From Pseudomonadota bacterium (GTDB lineage Bacteria; Pseudomonadota; Gammaproteobacteria; JAKAQQ01), in NCBI GenBank assembly GCA_021810635.1, contig JAJZIH010000007.1, forward strand, positions 17,563-81,562: a stretch of 64,000 nt of DNA, given 5' to 3'. The notes below the pieces were generated by a model. That model searched no databases, had not been told where the DNA came from, and was given only the letters and a program-made list of their open reading frames with translations. Below are positions 1 through 12,429 of the stretch, one piece after another (position 1 is the stretch's first letter; the number at the start of each line of letters is the position of its first letter). The position numbers and the translations under genes are program-made.

Positions 1-399
1 GTCGGACTTCGGCCTCGGCGGCACCGGCATGAGCGGCCGGTATCCCGCGTTGCCGAACTCACCCTGCGCCGGCGGAAACAGCACTTCGCCGACGGCCGCT
101 GCGCTCGGATCTTTACGCCAGCGATGCCGGGTCGGCAACAACGCCGCTGAGTGACCGGTGAGTCCACTCTGCAACGAGCGGGGCGGATTGAAACCGGATG
201 CTCGAGCACGTACCGGTCGATGTGTAAACGACCGATTCAACCGCCGATTGGATGCGGGTGCTACGCTGGTGCGGGGCGATGATGCTCGGCAAGCCGCATC
301 GGAGCGCTCTGCCGTGCCCGGGCGCAGCGACAGGGGTTATGAACCTGGAATGGTCCATGAAGAGTACCGAAGAAGTCCACCGTATCGAATCTGGGGATC

Positions 400-1125
400 A
401 TGATGAAACTCAACTTCACGCCGACCCGCGGATTTTGGGTGCTACTCGCGTCGTTTTGTATGATCGCCGCTTTCAATCCAGTACTGGCATGGCCTCCAAA
501 AGCAGGCTTCGCAAGTGCAGTGCCGACTCGCATTCAGCCCTACCTGATGACGAGTCAGGATGAAGAGGTTTCGCTGGCGCGTAGCGCAGCACCTCCTTCC
601 GTTTCATCGGGTGCTACGGTCATGACGCTCGGTACGCGCGGCTATATCACCGCGGTCAAAGGCCGCAATGGGTTTGTCTGCCTCGTCGAGAGATCATGGA
701 CCAACGCGACGGACGCAAAGAGTGCTCAATTCTGGAACCCGAAGTTCCGCGCTCCGTACTGCTTCAATGCGGCTGGGGCGCGGTCGGTGCTTCCTCGTTA
801 CCTGTCAAGGACCAAATGGGTACTCGCCGGCGCATCCCAGAGTGAGATCGGCCAGCGGGTTGATGCTGCTTGGACCGCGGGGAAGTTCGAGGAGCCCGCG
901 CTGGGTGCGATGTGTTACATGATGTCAAAGCGCGGACTTTTGAATTACGGTGGGCCGTGGCGCCCCCATTTGATGTTCTTTTTCTCGCGCTCATCAGAGG
1001 AACCGAACTGGGGAGCCAATCGGCCCGGCAGCCCCGTATTTGTTCGCGCCAGGACGCATACGGTGACTTACATGGTTCTCGTGCCGATCTGGTCTGATGG
1101 GACGCGGGCGCCAAACGACCAGTAG
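400..1125 (+). CDS. hypothetical exported protein
   Basis: 241-aa ORF. The N-terminus MMKLNFTPTRGFWVLLASFCMIAAFNPVLAW looks like a signal peptide. Composition is balanced, unlike the Arg/Pro/Gly-rich shadow ORFs around it. No family recognised. Confidence 0.55.
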   Translation: MMKLNFTPTRGFWVLLASFCMIAAFNPVLAWPPKAGFASAVPTRIQPYLMTSQDEEVSLARSAAPPSVSSGATVMTLGTRGYITAVKGRNGFVCLVERSWTNATDAKSAQFWNPKFRAPYCFNAAGARSVLPRYLSRTKWVLAGASQSEIGQRVDAAWTAGKFEEPALGAMCYMMSKRGLLNYGGPWRPHLMFFFSRSSEEPNWGANRPGSPVFVRARTHTVTYMVLVPIWSDGTRAPNDQ

Positions 1126-1270
1126 CCTGATTCACCCCGGGCCACTTCCCGCCAGCGCGTGATTTCCTGGAGCCACATTGAACTGGGTGCGTCGAAATGT
1201 TCATTCTCGGTGCCGAACATCTGAGTGAAGCGGCACGCGGATTTCTTTGCGCGTCCACTTGGGCGAACTG

Positions 1271-1747
1271 TCAGTCCGTCTTTACTATGATGCTCAGACT
1301 CGTGCCGGTGAAGTTGCGGGCGCCGAGATAGCCAGAAAAGTTGACCTTGTGTCCAGGGGTTCGTGTCCCTTGTTTGTTGAACAACTGATACCCTTCATTG
1401 AGCGCGTGATAGATCAGTACGCGCTCAAGGAGCTCGATACTTTTCTTGGTGCGCTGACCGGGCTTCGGCGAGAACCGGCCTAGAATGAGTACCTTCTTTC
1501 CGTTCCGGGCTTTCTTGATGCTGTTCATCAGGAAAGTACTCCTTTTGAAATGCTGCCGAGCGCGTTTTCCAAGCTTCTCGGCCTCTCCAATGTAGAGAGG
1601 TATGACCTTGCTGTTAAAGATACGGGCAAACATATATACGCCAGGCACGTCCTGCCAATCGTCTAGACCTTCTGCTGTATAGATCAGGTTTTCCTTGCCG
1701 CCGTTGAGAAGGTCGAATGGTGCCTCCCATTTCACACTCAGGTCCAT
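1271..1747 (-). CDS. stand-alone GIY-YIG nuclease-like protein
   Basis: 158-aa ORF in a visibly lower-GC patch. GVYMF...(11 aa)...LYIGEAEKLGKRARQH matches the GIY-(10-12 aa)-YIG...R...H pattern, followed by an ELLERVLIYH Glu and LFN Asn. No other domain is present. Confidence 0.55.
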   Translation of the reverse strand: MDLSVKWEAPFDLLNGGKENLIYTAEGLDDWQDVPGVYMFARIFNSKVIPLYIGEAEKLGKRARQHFKRSTFLMNSIKKARNGKKVLILGRFSPKPGQRTKKSIELLERVLIYHALNEGYQLFNKQGTRTPGHKVNFSGYLGARNFTGTSLSIIVKTD

Positions 1748-1837
1748 CGGTCTCTCCAGAAGGTCACATGCCGTACGTGAGCAGCGGACGGAGTTTGCGC
1801 GAAGCCCAGACGTAGCGAGTCCGACTCGACGCGCTTG

Positions 1838-2249
1838 TTACGCAAGCTCATACTCGAACTCGTAGTAATGCTGACCACCTTCAATTTTGATAGCCATTTG
1901 GCCGGTCAGGCTGGACAGTTCGCCAGATCCTGAATTCGGCACAACCTCAAGAATGAGTCGCTCGATCATCCTTTGGTTCCTTGTGCCAAAGTGCTGAAGG
2001 ACAAAGCTGCCCTTTTTGCCTGACAAAACACCAGAAACTTGCTCTGAGGGCTACATAGCCACCCGAGCCCTCGCCACCCGGGCCCTCGAGTGATCTCATG
2101 GCGCTTAACATCTCGCCTTTGCTTGTTGCCTCGAGAGCGCCGTTGAACTGTTTCTCGATGGACATTCGACCGAGGGCGACTCCATCGAGCCCTTGCGTGT
2201 AAAAGCCCAAGGGGATCACCTTTACTTCAAAGCTTCCAGATATTTTCAT
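1838..2249 (-). pseudogene. DUF3224-like gene, frameshifted
   Basis: The N-terminal half (MKISGSFEVKVIPL...GRMSIEKQFNGALEATSKGEMLSA...GGYVAL, ATG at 2249) and the C-terminal half (GKKGSFVLQHFGT...VVPNSGSGEL...YEFEYELA, ends 1838) lie in different frames. The junction is near 2045, where one extra base is needed to explain ...YVAL|EQVSGVLSGKKG. Confidence 0.6.
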
Positions 2250-2639
2250 CCTTCTCCTTTGCTCAGCTGCGGACGACCGTGCGGCAGGGAGTCTACCACC
2301 CTGAAGGCGTACCAGCAAGCGCCGCTGGCACCGCGCCGCCTCCACTGTACGTCCGCTTGATAGCACCCGGATCCGGGGCGATCACCGCCTCGGCGCGGCC
2401 GGTCGTGCAGGTGGCGTGTCCCCGTTTTCTTCGCCTCCGTTCATGAGGTTCGTCGCCAGTTGTTGCACAGTGATAGCAGCCCGTGCAGTGGGACGGTGTC
2501 GTGGTCCGGTACATCTTGCCCCTCGGTCTGTCTGCAGGCGCCAGGGCATCCGGCGACCGAGGACCTCATCCATAACTTGATTTTAGCCGAGGAACTCTGC
2601 TACGCTGAAAGCCTTGTTGGCTGCCGAGAGAATCGGTCG

Positions 2640-3248
2640 ATGGCCTTGGCAATTCTCTCGAGCCTGGAGCGAGCCGATACCGCTCTCTTTCTTCTCATCA
2701 ATAACCATTTTCATTTTTCCATCCTGAATGACAACATGCGGGCCCTCACCTTCCTCGGGAACGGGTGGGTGGTCTATTGGATCGTGGTCCTGTACCTCTA
2801 CCGCTTCGATCCCCGTCCCTTCCGCGAATCCTTCCTCCTGCTGTTTTTGACCCAGATCATTCCAGGCGCCGTGGTGGACGTCCTCAAGCGCATCGTCGAC
2901 CGCCCGCGGCCGATCGTGGCGCTCCACCGGCTGATCGCGGAAGGCCGGGTGCACGTCGTGGTTTTGGGCCGCCATCTCACCGCCTACTCGTTCCCGTCGG
3001 GACACGCCGAGACGGCGTTCGCCCTGGCGGTTGCCTTGGGCTACCTCTACCCACGGCGGCGCGCCGCCTTTTATATCCTGGCGGCTCTGGTCGCCTTCTC
3101 GCGTGTCTATAACGGCGAACATTTCCCGCTCGACGTGATCTGCGGAGGACTCGTCGGGTACGCCTTCGGATGGATCGGGATCTGGGCCTACCGCAGGGTT
3201 TCACGCCGGGCGATCGGGGGTCTCCCCACCGCGTCCGAGGAGGCCTGA
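2640..3248 (+). CDS. PAP2-family phosphatase (membrane)
   Basis: Multi-TM ORF with PAP2 motifs [17 protein letters not shown] and [16 protein letters not shown] at 2640 was chosen because the 60 codons upstream are not protein-like. Confidence 0.8.
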   Translation: MALAILSSLERADTALFLLINNHFHFSILNDNMRALTFLGNGWVVYWIVVLYLYRFDPRPFRESFLLLFLTQIIPGAVVDVLKRIVDRPRPIVALHRLIAEGRVHVVVLGRHLTAYSFPSGHAETAFALAVALGYLYPRRRAAFYILAALVAFSRVYNGEHFPLDVICGGLVGYAFGWIGIWAYRRVSRRAIGGLPTASEEA

Positions 3249-3312
3249 GGCCAGCGGCTCTGGGCAGGGATCTGGCGATCGGATACACTCGGCCGACAGG
3301 ACTCGGGAGCGG

Positions 3313-4401
3313 TTGGGGATGATTCTCGTGACCGGCGGTGCCGGATTCATCGGCAGCAACTTCGTTCACCACTGGCTCGGCTGGACCGACGAGGCCGTGA
3401 TCGTGCTCGACGCCCTGACCTATGCGGGCAATCTCGAGAACCTGGCTCAGGTCGCCTCCGATCCGCGCCTCACCTTCGTCCACGGCGATCTCAACGACCG
3501 GGCCCTGCTCGACCGGATGATGGCCCGGCACCGGCCGCGGGCCGTCATCCATTTTGCCGCGGAAAGCCATGTCGACCGTTCGATCCGCGGACCGGAAGCC
3601 TTCCTCCGGGCCAACGTCATGGGCACGTTCAGCCTACTCGAAGCCGTCCGCACCGACTGGAACGGCCGCGCCGCCGAGGAACGGTCCCGGTTCCGCTTTC
3701 TGCACATCTCGACCGACGAGGTCTACGGTTCGCTTGAGCCCGGATCACCTGCCTTTACGGAGGATTCGCCCTTTGCGCCGAACAGTCCGTACGCGGCGAG
3801 CAAGGCGGCCAGCGACCACTGGGTCCGCGCCTATGGCCGGACCTATGGGCTGCCGGTTCTCGTGAGCCACTGTTCGAACAACTACGGGCGGTACCAGTTT
3901 CCCGAGAAATTGATTCCGCTCGTCATCCATCATGCGCTCGAGGGATCCCCGCTGCCTCTCTACGGGGACGGGGCCCAGATCCGCGACTGGCTCCATGTCG
4001 AAGACCACTGCCGGGCCCTGGTCCGCATCCTCGAGGCGGGACGGGTGGGGGAGACCTACAACATCGGCGGCTTAAGCGAAAGAACGAACCGCGAGGTGAT
4101 GGAGACGCTCTGTCGGACCCTGGACCGCCTGAAGCCCCATCCGCACGGGGCGCACGCGGAGGCGATCGTGACCGTGCCCGACCGGCCCGGCCACGACCGG
4201 CGCTACGCCATCGATGCCGGAAAGATTCGGCGCGAACTCGGTTGGGAACCTGAGGAAACCTTCGAAACCGGGATCGAGAAAACGGTGCGGTGGTATCTCG
4301 ACCATCCCGACTGGGTGGCCCACGTCGTGAGCGGGACCTACCGAGACTGGATCCGGCTGCACTATGGACCGGCCGGGGCGGCCGCTCCCGCTGGATCCTG
4401 A
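3313..4401 (+). CDS. rfbB: dTDP-glucose 4,6-dehydratase
   Basis: Rossmann motif [12 protein letters not shown] and YAASKAASD (YxxxK). Colinear with RmlB over the full length of about 360 aa. Confidence 0.93.
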   Translation: MGMILVTGGAGFIGSNFVHHWLGWTDEAVIVLDALTYAGNLENLAQVASDPRLTFVHGDLNDRALLDRMMARHRPRAVIHFAAESHVDRSIRGPEAFLRANVMGTFSLLEAVRTDWNGRAAEERSRFRFLHISTDEVYGSLEPGSPAFTEDSPFAPNSPYAASKAASDHWVRAYGRTYGLPVLVSHCSNNYGRYQFPEKLIPLVIHHALEGSPLPLYGDGAQIRDWLHVEDHCRALVRILEAGRVGETYNIGGLSERTNREVMETLCRTLDRLKPHPHGAHAEAIVTVPDRPGHDRRYAIDAGKIRRELGWEPEETFETGIEKTVRWYLDHPDWVAHVVSGTYRDWIRLHYGPAGAAAPAGS

Positions 4402-4403
4402 CC

Positions 4404-4961
4404 GTGCGGGCCACCCCGACCCGTCTGCCCGAAGTTCTCCTCCTGGAGGCCGACCGGTACGGCGACGCCCGCGGCTTTTTCTGCGAGAGTTACAACCGCA
4501 GGGAGTTTGCCCGGGCGACGGGGCTTGACCCCGAGTTCGTCCAGGACAACCACTCGCACTCAACGCGGGGGACCCTACGGGGGCTCCACTACCAGCTCGT
4601 CCACCCGCAGGGCAAGCTCATCCGCGCCATGTCCGGGCGCATCCTGGACGTGGCGGTCGATCTCCGGCGGAGCTCGCCCCGCTTTGCCCGCTGGGTGACG
4701 GTCGAACTCGATGGGGAAAATGAACGCCAGCTCTGGATCCCGCCCGGTTTCGCCCACGGTTTCCTCGTCCTGAGCGAGGTGGTGGACGTCTGCTACAAGA
4801 CCACCGAGTACTGGGACCGGGACTCCGACCAGAGCCTCCGCTGGAACGATCCCACCCTCGCGATCCCCTGGCCGGAGGTGGCGTTCCCGGGTGGGGAACC
4901 CCGGCTTTCGGACAAGGACCGGCGGGCGCCCCTCCTGGATGCGGCCCCGCTGTTCGACTAG
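4404..4961 (+). CDS. rfbC: dTDP-4-dehydrorhamnose 3,5-epimerase
   Basis: In-frame GTG 3 nt after the rfbB stop. RmlC cupin motifs DARGFFCESYN, LRGLHYQ and QLWIPPGFAHGF. Confidence 0.88.
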   Translation: MRATPTRLPEVLLLEADRYGDARGFFCESYNRREFARATGLDPEFVQDNHSHSTRGTLRGLHYQLVHPQGKLIRAMSGRILDVAVDLRRSSPRFARWVTVELDGENERQLWIPPGFAHGFLVLSEVVDVCYKTTEYWDRDSDQSLRWNDPTLAIPWPEVAFPGGEPRLSDKDRRAPLLDAAPLFD

Positions 4962-5037
4962 GCGCGGGCGGACCCGTTGAGCCTCGGGTCTCCTCCCGAC
5001 GGCGTGCTATATTGAACCGTCCACGAGGAGAATCACG

Positions 5038-7185
5038 ATGAATCGCTTCCGGATTTCCCCATTCGGGCTGGCCCTCCTTTGCACCGCGCTCGCCACGCCC
5101 GCCCTGGCCGCCCATCGGCTCGCCTATCCCAAGGCCTACCGGGACGGCATCGTCGCAGATTACTTCGGCACCCGCATCCCCGCCCCCTACCGGTGGATGG
5201 AGAACCTGTCGAGCCCGCGCCTCGCCCGCTGGATCGCGGCCGAGAACCGCCTGACCGACGCCTATCTCGCGAAACTCCCCCTGAGGCGGGTCTTCTACCG
5301 GCGCCTCCGCGCGCTCTGGAACTACGCCAAGGAGACTCCGCCCATCCAGCGTGGACACTGGCTCTTTTTCGACCGCAACACGGGCCTCGAGAACCAGGCG
5401 GTGGTCTATGTCCAGCACGGCCCGCACGGGGTCCCCCGCCCGATCCTCAACCCCAACCGGCTCTCGCCCAACGGTGGCATCGCCCTGGCCGGCTGGAGCC
5501 CGTCACCCAACGGACACTACCTGGCCTACGCACTCTCGGTGGGCGGATCGGACTGGGAGACGGTCCATGTCCTGGACGTGCGGACCGGCCGGAGCCTGCC
5601 CCACGTCGTGCACTGGGTCAAGTTTTCCGGCCTGAGCTGGACCAAAAACAGCCAGGGGTTCTTCTACTCCCGCTATCCGAAACCTCCGTCCGGCCACGCC
5701 ATCAGCGTGCGCCTGCGGGACCAGACCCTTTACTACCACTGGATCGCGAAGCCGCAGTCGGATGACCCGGTCATCTATGCCCGTACCGACCATCCGGAGT
5801 GGATCATCGACGGGTCGGTTTCCGAGAACGGCCGCTATCTCTTCATCGACTTCCAGTTCCGCATCACGCGCAACGAGCTCTATTACATGAATCTGGGCAA
5901 CCCGATGAAACCGGACCTGATGGCTCCGGTTCACCCGCTCTTTGTCCGGGATGACGCCTCCTACACCCCGATCGGAACGCGGGGGGAGACGGTCTATGTC
6001 CAGACCGACAAGGACGCGCCGATGGGCCGCGTGATCGCCGTGAACCTGAAACATCCTTCCCCGGCGCACTGGCGGACCGTCATCCCCGAGCAGGCCCGCT
6101 CGGTCCTGGTCTCGGCGCATCTCGCGGATGGACGCCTCCTGGTCCACCGAATGGTCGTGGCCAAGAGCCGGCTCGCCCTCTACAACCTCCACGGGTTGTG
6201 GGTCCGCGCGATTCCCGTGCCGGATCCGATGGGGACGGTGGGGGGCATTTCGGCCCGCTCCGATTCGCCCGATGTCTACTATGCCTTCACCTCGTTCCTG
6301 CGGCCGGGGGAGATCGCCCGCTTCAATGTGCCCACCGGCCGGAGTTCGGTCTTTTTCAGACCCCGCGTCCATTTCGATCCGGCCCATTACGTGGTGAGTC
6401 AGATCTTCTATCCGTCGACGGGCGGGGTCAAGGTGCCGATGTTCATCGTCTACCGGAAAGGCATCCGGCTTGACGGCCATCGCCCCACCATCCTCTACGG
6501 CTATGGCGGCTTCGACATCACGCTGACTCCCCACTTCAGCCCGTCCGTCGCGACCTGGCTCCGGCTGGGGGGAATCTACGCCATGGCCAACCTGCGCGGC
6601 GGCGGGGTTTACGGCCAGGCCTGGCACGAAGCCGGGATGCTCGGCCACAAGCAGAATGTCTTCAACGATTTCGCCAATGCGGCCCGCTGGCTGATCCGCA
6701 ACCATTTCACGGATACCGCCCATCTGGGCATCATGGGCTATTCGAACGGGGGGCTTCTGACCGGCGCCAGCGTGACCCAGAACCCGCACCTCTTCGGCGC
6801 GGTCTACATCGGCCACGGCGTCCTCGACATGCTGCGGTTCCAGAAGTTCTCGGGCGGCGAGTACTGGATCTCGGAATATGGAACCTCGTCCAAGAAGAAG
6901 GACTTCCGCTGGCTCGATGCCTACTCGCCGCTTCAGAACCTGAAGAAGGGCGTCTGCTACCCGCCCACGATCATCACGACCTCGACCGACGATGACCGGG
7001 TCGTGCCCAGCAACTCCTACAAGTTCGCGGCCCAAATGCAGTACGATCAGGGTTGCAACAACCCGATCCTCTTGCATGTGGCCCATGCCACGAGCCACAT
7101 CTACATGCCGACCGACAAGGAAATCCGCCATGCGGCCGACAACTGGGGATTCATCGGGACCGAGATCGGGATGCGCGTTCACTGA
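5038..7185 (+). CDS. prolyl oligopeptidase (S9A family), exported
   Basis: 715 aa with an N-terminal signal-like segment and [10 protein letters not shown] beta-propeller-length middle is followed by a C-terminal alpha/beta hydrolase with the GYSNGG nucleophile motif and DDRV and H near the end. Confidence 0.9.
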   Translation: MNRFRISPFGLALLCTALATPALAAHRLAYPKAYRDGIVADYFGTRIPAPYRWMENLSSPRLARWIAAENRLTDAYLAKLPLRRVFYRRLRALWNYAKETPPIQRGHWLFFDRNTGLENQAVVYVQHGPHGVPRPILNPNRLSPNGGIALAGWSPSPNGHYLAYALSVGGSDWETVHVLDVRTGRSLPHVVHWVKFSGLSWTKNSQGFFYSRYPKPPSGHAISVRLRDQTLYYHWIAKPQSDDPVIYARTDHPEWIIDGSVSENGRYLFIDFQFRITRNELYYMNLGNPMKPDLMAPVHPLFVRDDASYTPIGTRGETVYVQTDKDAPMGRVIAVNLKHPSPAHWRTVIPEQARSVLVSAHLADGRLLVHRMVVAKSRLALYNLHGLWVRAIPVPDPMGTVGGISARSDSPDVYYAFTSFLRPGEIARFNVPTGRSSVFFRPRVHFDPAHYVVSQIFYPSTGGVKVPMFIVYRKGIRLDGHRPTILYGYGGFDITLTPHFSPSVATWLRLGGIYAMANLRGGGVYGQAWHEAGMLGHKQNVFNDFANAARWLIRNHFTDTAHLGIMGYSNGGLLTGASVTQNPHLFGAVYIGHGVLDMLRFQKFSGGEYWISEYGTSSKKKDFRWLDAYSPLQNLKKGVCYPPTIITTSTDDDRVVPSNSYKFAAQMQYDQGCNNPILLHVAHATSHIYMPTDKEIRHAADNWGFIGTEIGMRVH

Positions 7186-7411
7186 GTGGCGGTCGATCCC
7201 GGGCCCTTCCCCCTTGAGAGTCCAGGGAGGACGTGGGCCTGCCCCGAAGATGGCTTCGCAAACAAAGGAGAGGCGGGAACCGGGTGGTCTTCGCCCGCCG
7301 GCCTCTCCCGCCCGCGCGGGTTCAGCCGGCTCTGGAATCTGACCGACGGCTGGAGTTTTGTGGGGGCTGTGAAGCCAGAGCGCGGGAATTCCTGAGCCCG
7401 GCCGGAGGGGA

Positions 7412-9468
<2,057 letters not shown>

Positions 9469-9719
9469 TGCAACCTCGTGCGTCTCGATCAGTCGAGGTT
9501 ATTTTAGCCTTCGAATCAGGGAACCGCCAATCGGCCGAAACTTGAATATCCATTTTTCTGGCGTTTGGGCCCCATTTGGTTCGATCAGGGCGACAGGCCG
9601 ATTCAAAGGGTGCATAATATAAAACCGGTACTTGGCCGGGTCTGATCCCGGTGTCCGGTGGCCTGTACGGCAGGCGTGAGTTGTTTATGAAGATTCTGAG
9701 GTTATAAAGGAGTCGGTTT

Positions 9720-9995
9720 ATGCTTATTTTGACAAGACGAGTCGGCGAGACCATCATGATCGGTGACGATGTGACCGTCACGATCCTCGGGGTCAAGGGG
9801 AACCAGGTCCGGGTCGGGGTCAGTGCGCCCAAGGAGATTGCCGTCCACCGGGAGGAGATCTACGTCCGGATCCAGAGAGAGCGTGCCCAGCAGGGACTTA
9901 CCGCCCTTTCGATGGGACAGATCGCGGCCAGCCGGAGCGGGAATTTCAATCAGGACCAGCCCGAAGAGGAGTACGAAGAAGGCCAGGGCGAGTGA
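9720..9995 (+). CDS. csrA: carbon storage regulator CsrA with extended acidic C-terminal tail
   Basis: [48 protein letters not shown] is the canonical CsrA core. AAGGAG lies upstream of the ATG. About 30 extra C-terminal residues end in [11 protein letters not shown]. Confidence 0.9.
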   Translation: MLILTRRVGETIMIGDDVTVTILGVKGNQVRVGVSAPKEIAVHREEIYVRIQRERAQQGLTALSMGQIAASRSGNFNQDQPEEEYEEGQGE

Positions 9996-10002
9996 CCGGA
10001 TC

Positions 10003-10095
10003 GGAGAGATGGCTGAGTGGTCGAAAGCGCTCCCCTGCTAAGGGAGTAAGGGTGATTTAAGCCCTTCGAGGGTTCGAATCCCTCTCTCTCCGCCA
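10003..10095 (+). tRNA. tRNA-Ser (anticodon GCU)
   Basis: Cloverleaf drawn by hand. Acceptor GGAGAGA/TCTCTCC, anticodon stem CTCCC/GGGAG with loop CTGCTAA, long variable arm, T-arm GAGGG-TTCGAAT-CCCTC, encoded CCA. The csrA-tRNA-Ser(GCU) neighbourhood is classical. Confidence 0.9.
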
Positions 10096-11611
10096 CTTCA
10101 GAACAGAGCTGCGAACGCCGGCCGCAGTTGGCTTTACCCCGGCTTCGGCGGTCAGTGTGTGAAGTAGATTGCTCTTCGAGCCGATGATGCGGACCGCGTG
10201 GTCTGCGACCTCCACCTGCTGCGCCAAGGCGCGGAGATGGTCGCGGCGGTAGCCGCCGCTATCGATTCTGATCCGCTCGCGCGCCGTTCTGGCGAACTTC
10301 TGGACCATCTGCGGCGTGACAGCTTGTTGGGCTGACGATTCCAGCATTGTGGCCGCGCGCTCGGCATCGGCCTGCGCTTGGTCGCGGATCGCCTTGAGAC
10401 TTGCGACGCGCTCCTTCAGCGCCGGGTCGTCGAGATCGGCGACTCCGGCCTCGATGGCGTCATAGAGCCGCTTCAGGCGCAGCCAGTTTCGGCGGCCCAC
10501 TGGTTCAGCTCGGCGACATGCTCGCGGCGGCGCTCGGCCCGCTCCTGCCGGCGATCAAGGACGGACGCCAGAATCTCTTCGAGCCGTTCCGGCTGGAGCA
10601 AGCGGTCGGCCATATGCTCGGCAACGAGGTTGTCCAGCTTTTCCATCGGGATCGACCGACCCTCGCAGCCGGTCTCGCCTTGCCGCGCCTTGATCAAGCA
10701 AGTGTAATAGCGATACCACCCTCCCTTGCCGGTCCTGAGCGTCATGGCTCCGCCGCAATCAGCGCAGAAGCAGATGCTGGTAAGGAGGGCCAAGCCGCTC
10801 ACGACGCGCGCCGGCGTAGCCTTCGGATTGCGGGTGCGCAGGTGCGCTTGCACCGCGTCGAAGGTCGCCTGATCGATCTGCGGTGGCATCTCGACGGTGA
10901 CGATCTCGCTGGTGGGTTTCAGCGTCTTGTTCTTGGCGCGCTTGTTGAACTCGTGCCGACCGACATAGGTCGGCCGCGTCAGGATGCGGTGGACCTGGCC
11001 GATGCCCAAGCGTCCGCCGTCGCGGGTGAAGATGCGACGCTGGTTGAGGTAGGTCGCAATATTTTGATGCCCATTGACCCTCTCCCGCCGGCACATTCCA
11101 AGGCAAGCCGATAGATCAGCCGCACCGTGTCGGCGTGCAATGGGTTGATTTCCAGCTTCTTCTTGACCTTCGCGCCACGTCGCTCGGCCGCGACGACGCG
11201 GTAGCCGATCGGCGGCAGGGAGCCGTTCCAGAAGCTTTGTCGAGCGTTCTCCTTCAACGCGCGGAGAACATGTTTGGCATTCTCTTTCGATTGGTACTCG
11301 TCGAATAGTGCCATGATCTGCCGCATCATGACGTGCATCGGATCGTCACCCATCTCCTGGGTGATGGAGACAAGCCGTACACCGTTTGTCGCCAGCCTGC
11401 GGACGTAGAACTCCAGCTCGAAGCGATCGCGAAAGAAGCGCGAGAAGCTGTGGACGGTGACGATATCGAACGGCACGGATTTGCTGGTCCCGGCCTCGAT
11501 GTAGGTCTCGACACGCAGGTAGCCGCGCGAGGCGCAGTACGCTTTGTCCTGCCGCACCGTCGAGACGCACAGATAGAGGGCGGCGCGAGCGGCACGGCCC
11601 GAACAGTTCAT
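10057..11611 (-). pseudogene. large serine recombinase, decayed (at least two frameshifts plus small N-terminal deletions)
   Basis: Three consecutive minus-strand frames carry the pieces. First a resolvase core (AALYLCVSTVRQ...FDIVTVHSFSRFFRD...LFDEYQSKENAKHV). Then a recombinase plus Zn-ribbon domain (IATYLNQRRI...CADCGGAMT...WYRYYTC). Then a coiled-coil tail. The last 13 codons (WRRERDSNPRRA*) are the antisense of the tRNA-Ser 3' end. Confidence 0.75.
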
Positions 11612-11891
11612 CGAAGAGATCGTCGAACCACGCCTCGCATACGTCGAACTCGGCGTCGGTGATTGGTACAGGGTCGGGCCAATCGTCCGTGACAGTCCAT
11701 GCCGACGGGTCGTGCTTCGCCGGCCGACCGATACGAGGCCAAGGCTCTGGCTCGATGTAGAGGTCGTTAGGCAGAACGCCCAGGCTGGGCGTAGTCGGGA
11801 CATCCCTGCAGTATCGCGCCGCTCCGCTGGCAAGCGAACGACCGATTTCTATCCGCCGACGCCCTCGTCCCTTTCGGCCAGTCGGTAACAA
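11592..11891 (-). other. small ORF remnant upstream of the recombinase (DWPDPVPITDAEFDVCEAWFDDLFDELFG motif)
   Basis: About 100 codons of protein-like sequence that then run without a stop into the recombinase region. From memory this resembles short proteins found upstream of serine recombinases; unverified. Confidence 0.25.
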
Positions 11892-12051
11892 TGGGAGCGC
11901 TCGCGCTCATTTCGAATCCTGATTGCTTGGCGGGCCCTCGCCGGGTCGGCGATAGCTGGTCAAGGCCGAAGCCGCGAAGCGGTGGCGCGGGACGCGCCAG
12001 CTTGGACGGGCTGGTGGCGGTCCGGCCTGCTCGTGTCCAGGCGGTCATGGT

Positions 12052-12429
12052 TCAGCTCGCCTTGTGCGACAGCGTGAGGGGCAGTTCCAGTTCCACCCGG
12101 TCGTGCATGACCTTGGGCGTGATCCGGCCGCGCTTGCCGCGTTCGAGGCGGACCAGGCCATAGCCTTCCATCGTGCGCAGCGTGCGCGACAGATTGGATT
12201 TGGCCTTGCCGGTGATCCGCGCCAGCTCATCGAGCGAGCCGGGGGCCTTCTCGGCGATGACGCGCAACAGGTCACGATTGCCGGCTGACAGGACCTTGGC
12301 AAACGACTCGGTCGAAGTGAACCAGACCTTTGGCTCGTCGGCCGCCACGCGACGCTCGCCACGGGTCACGGCCATGGTGCGGGCTTTCATCTCCTCGTAG
12401 CACGCAATGCCGATCTTCAACGTCGTCAT
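12052..12429 (-). CDS. winged-helix (MarR/ArsR-like) DNA-binding protein, putative antitoxin/regulator
   Basis: 125 aa. GSLDELARITGKAKSNLSRTLRTMEGYGLVRLER is a wHTH. Its ATG overlaps the upstream gene's TGA (ATGA). Confidence 0.7.
   Translation of the reverse strand: MTTLKIGIACYEEMKARTMAVTRGERRVAADEPKVWFTSTESFAKVLSAGNRDLLRVIAEKAPGSLDELARITGKAKSNLSRTLRTMEGYGLVRLERGKRGRITPKVMHDRVELELPLTLSHKAS

Noticed and set aside
1-399. Several 80-100 aa ORFs on both strands at the left edge, and a possible minus-strand gene running off the edge from about 85
   Set aside because: All are short, mutually overlapping and compositionally biased. There is too little sequence to support any call.
11905-11925. 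TTCGAATCC string as attR copy of the tRNA-Ser T-loop
   Set aside because: Only 9 nt match, the acceptor-stem part does not follow, and island-type genes continue far beyond this point.
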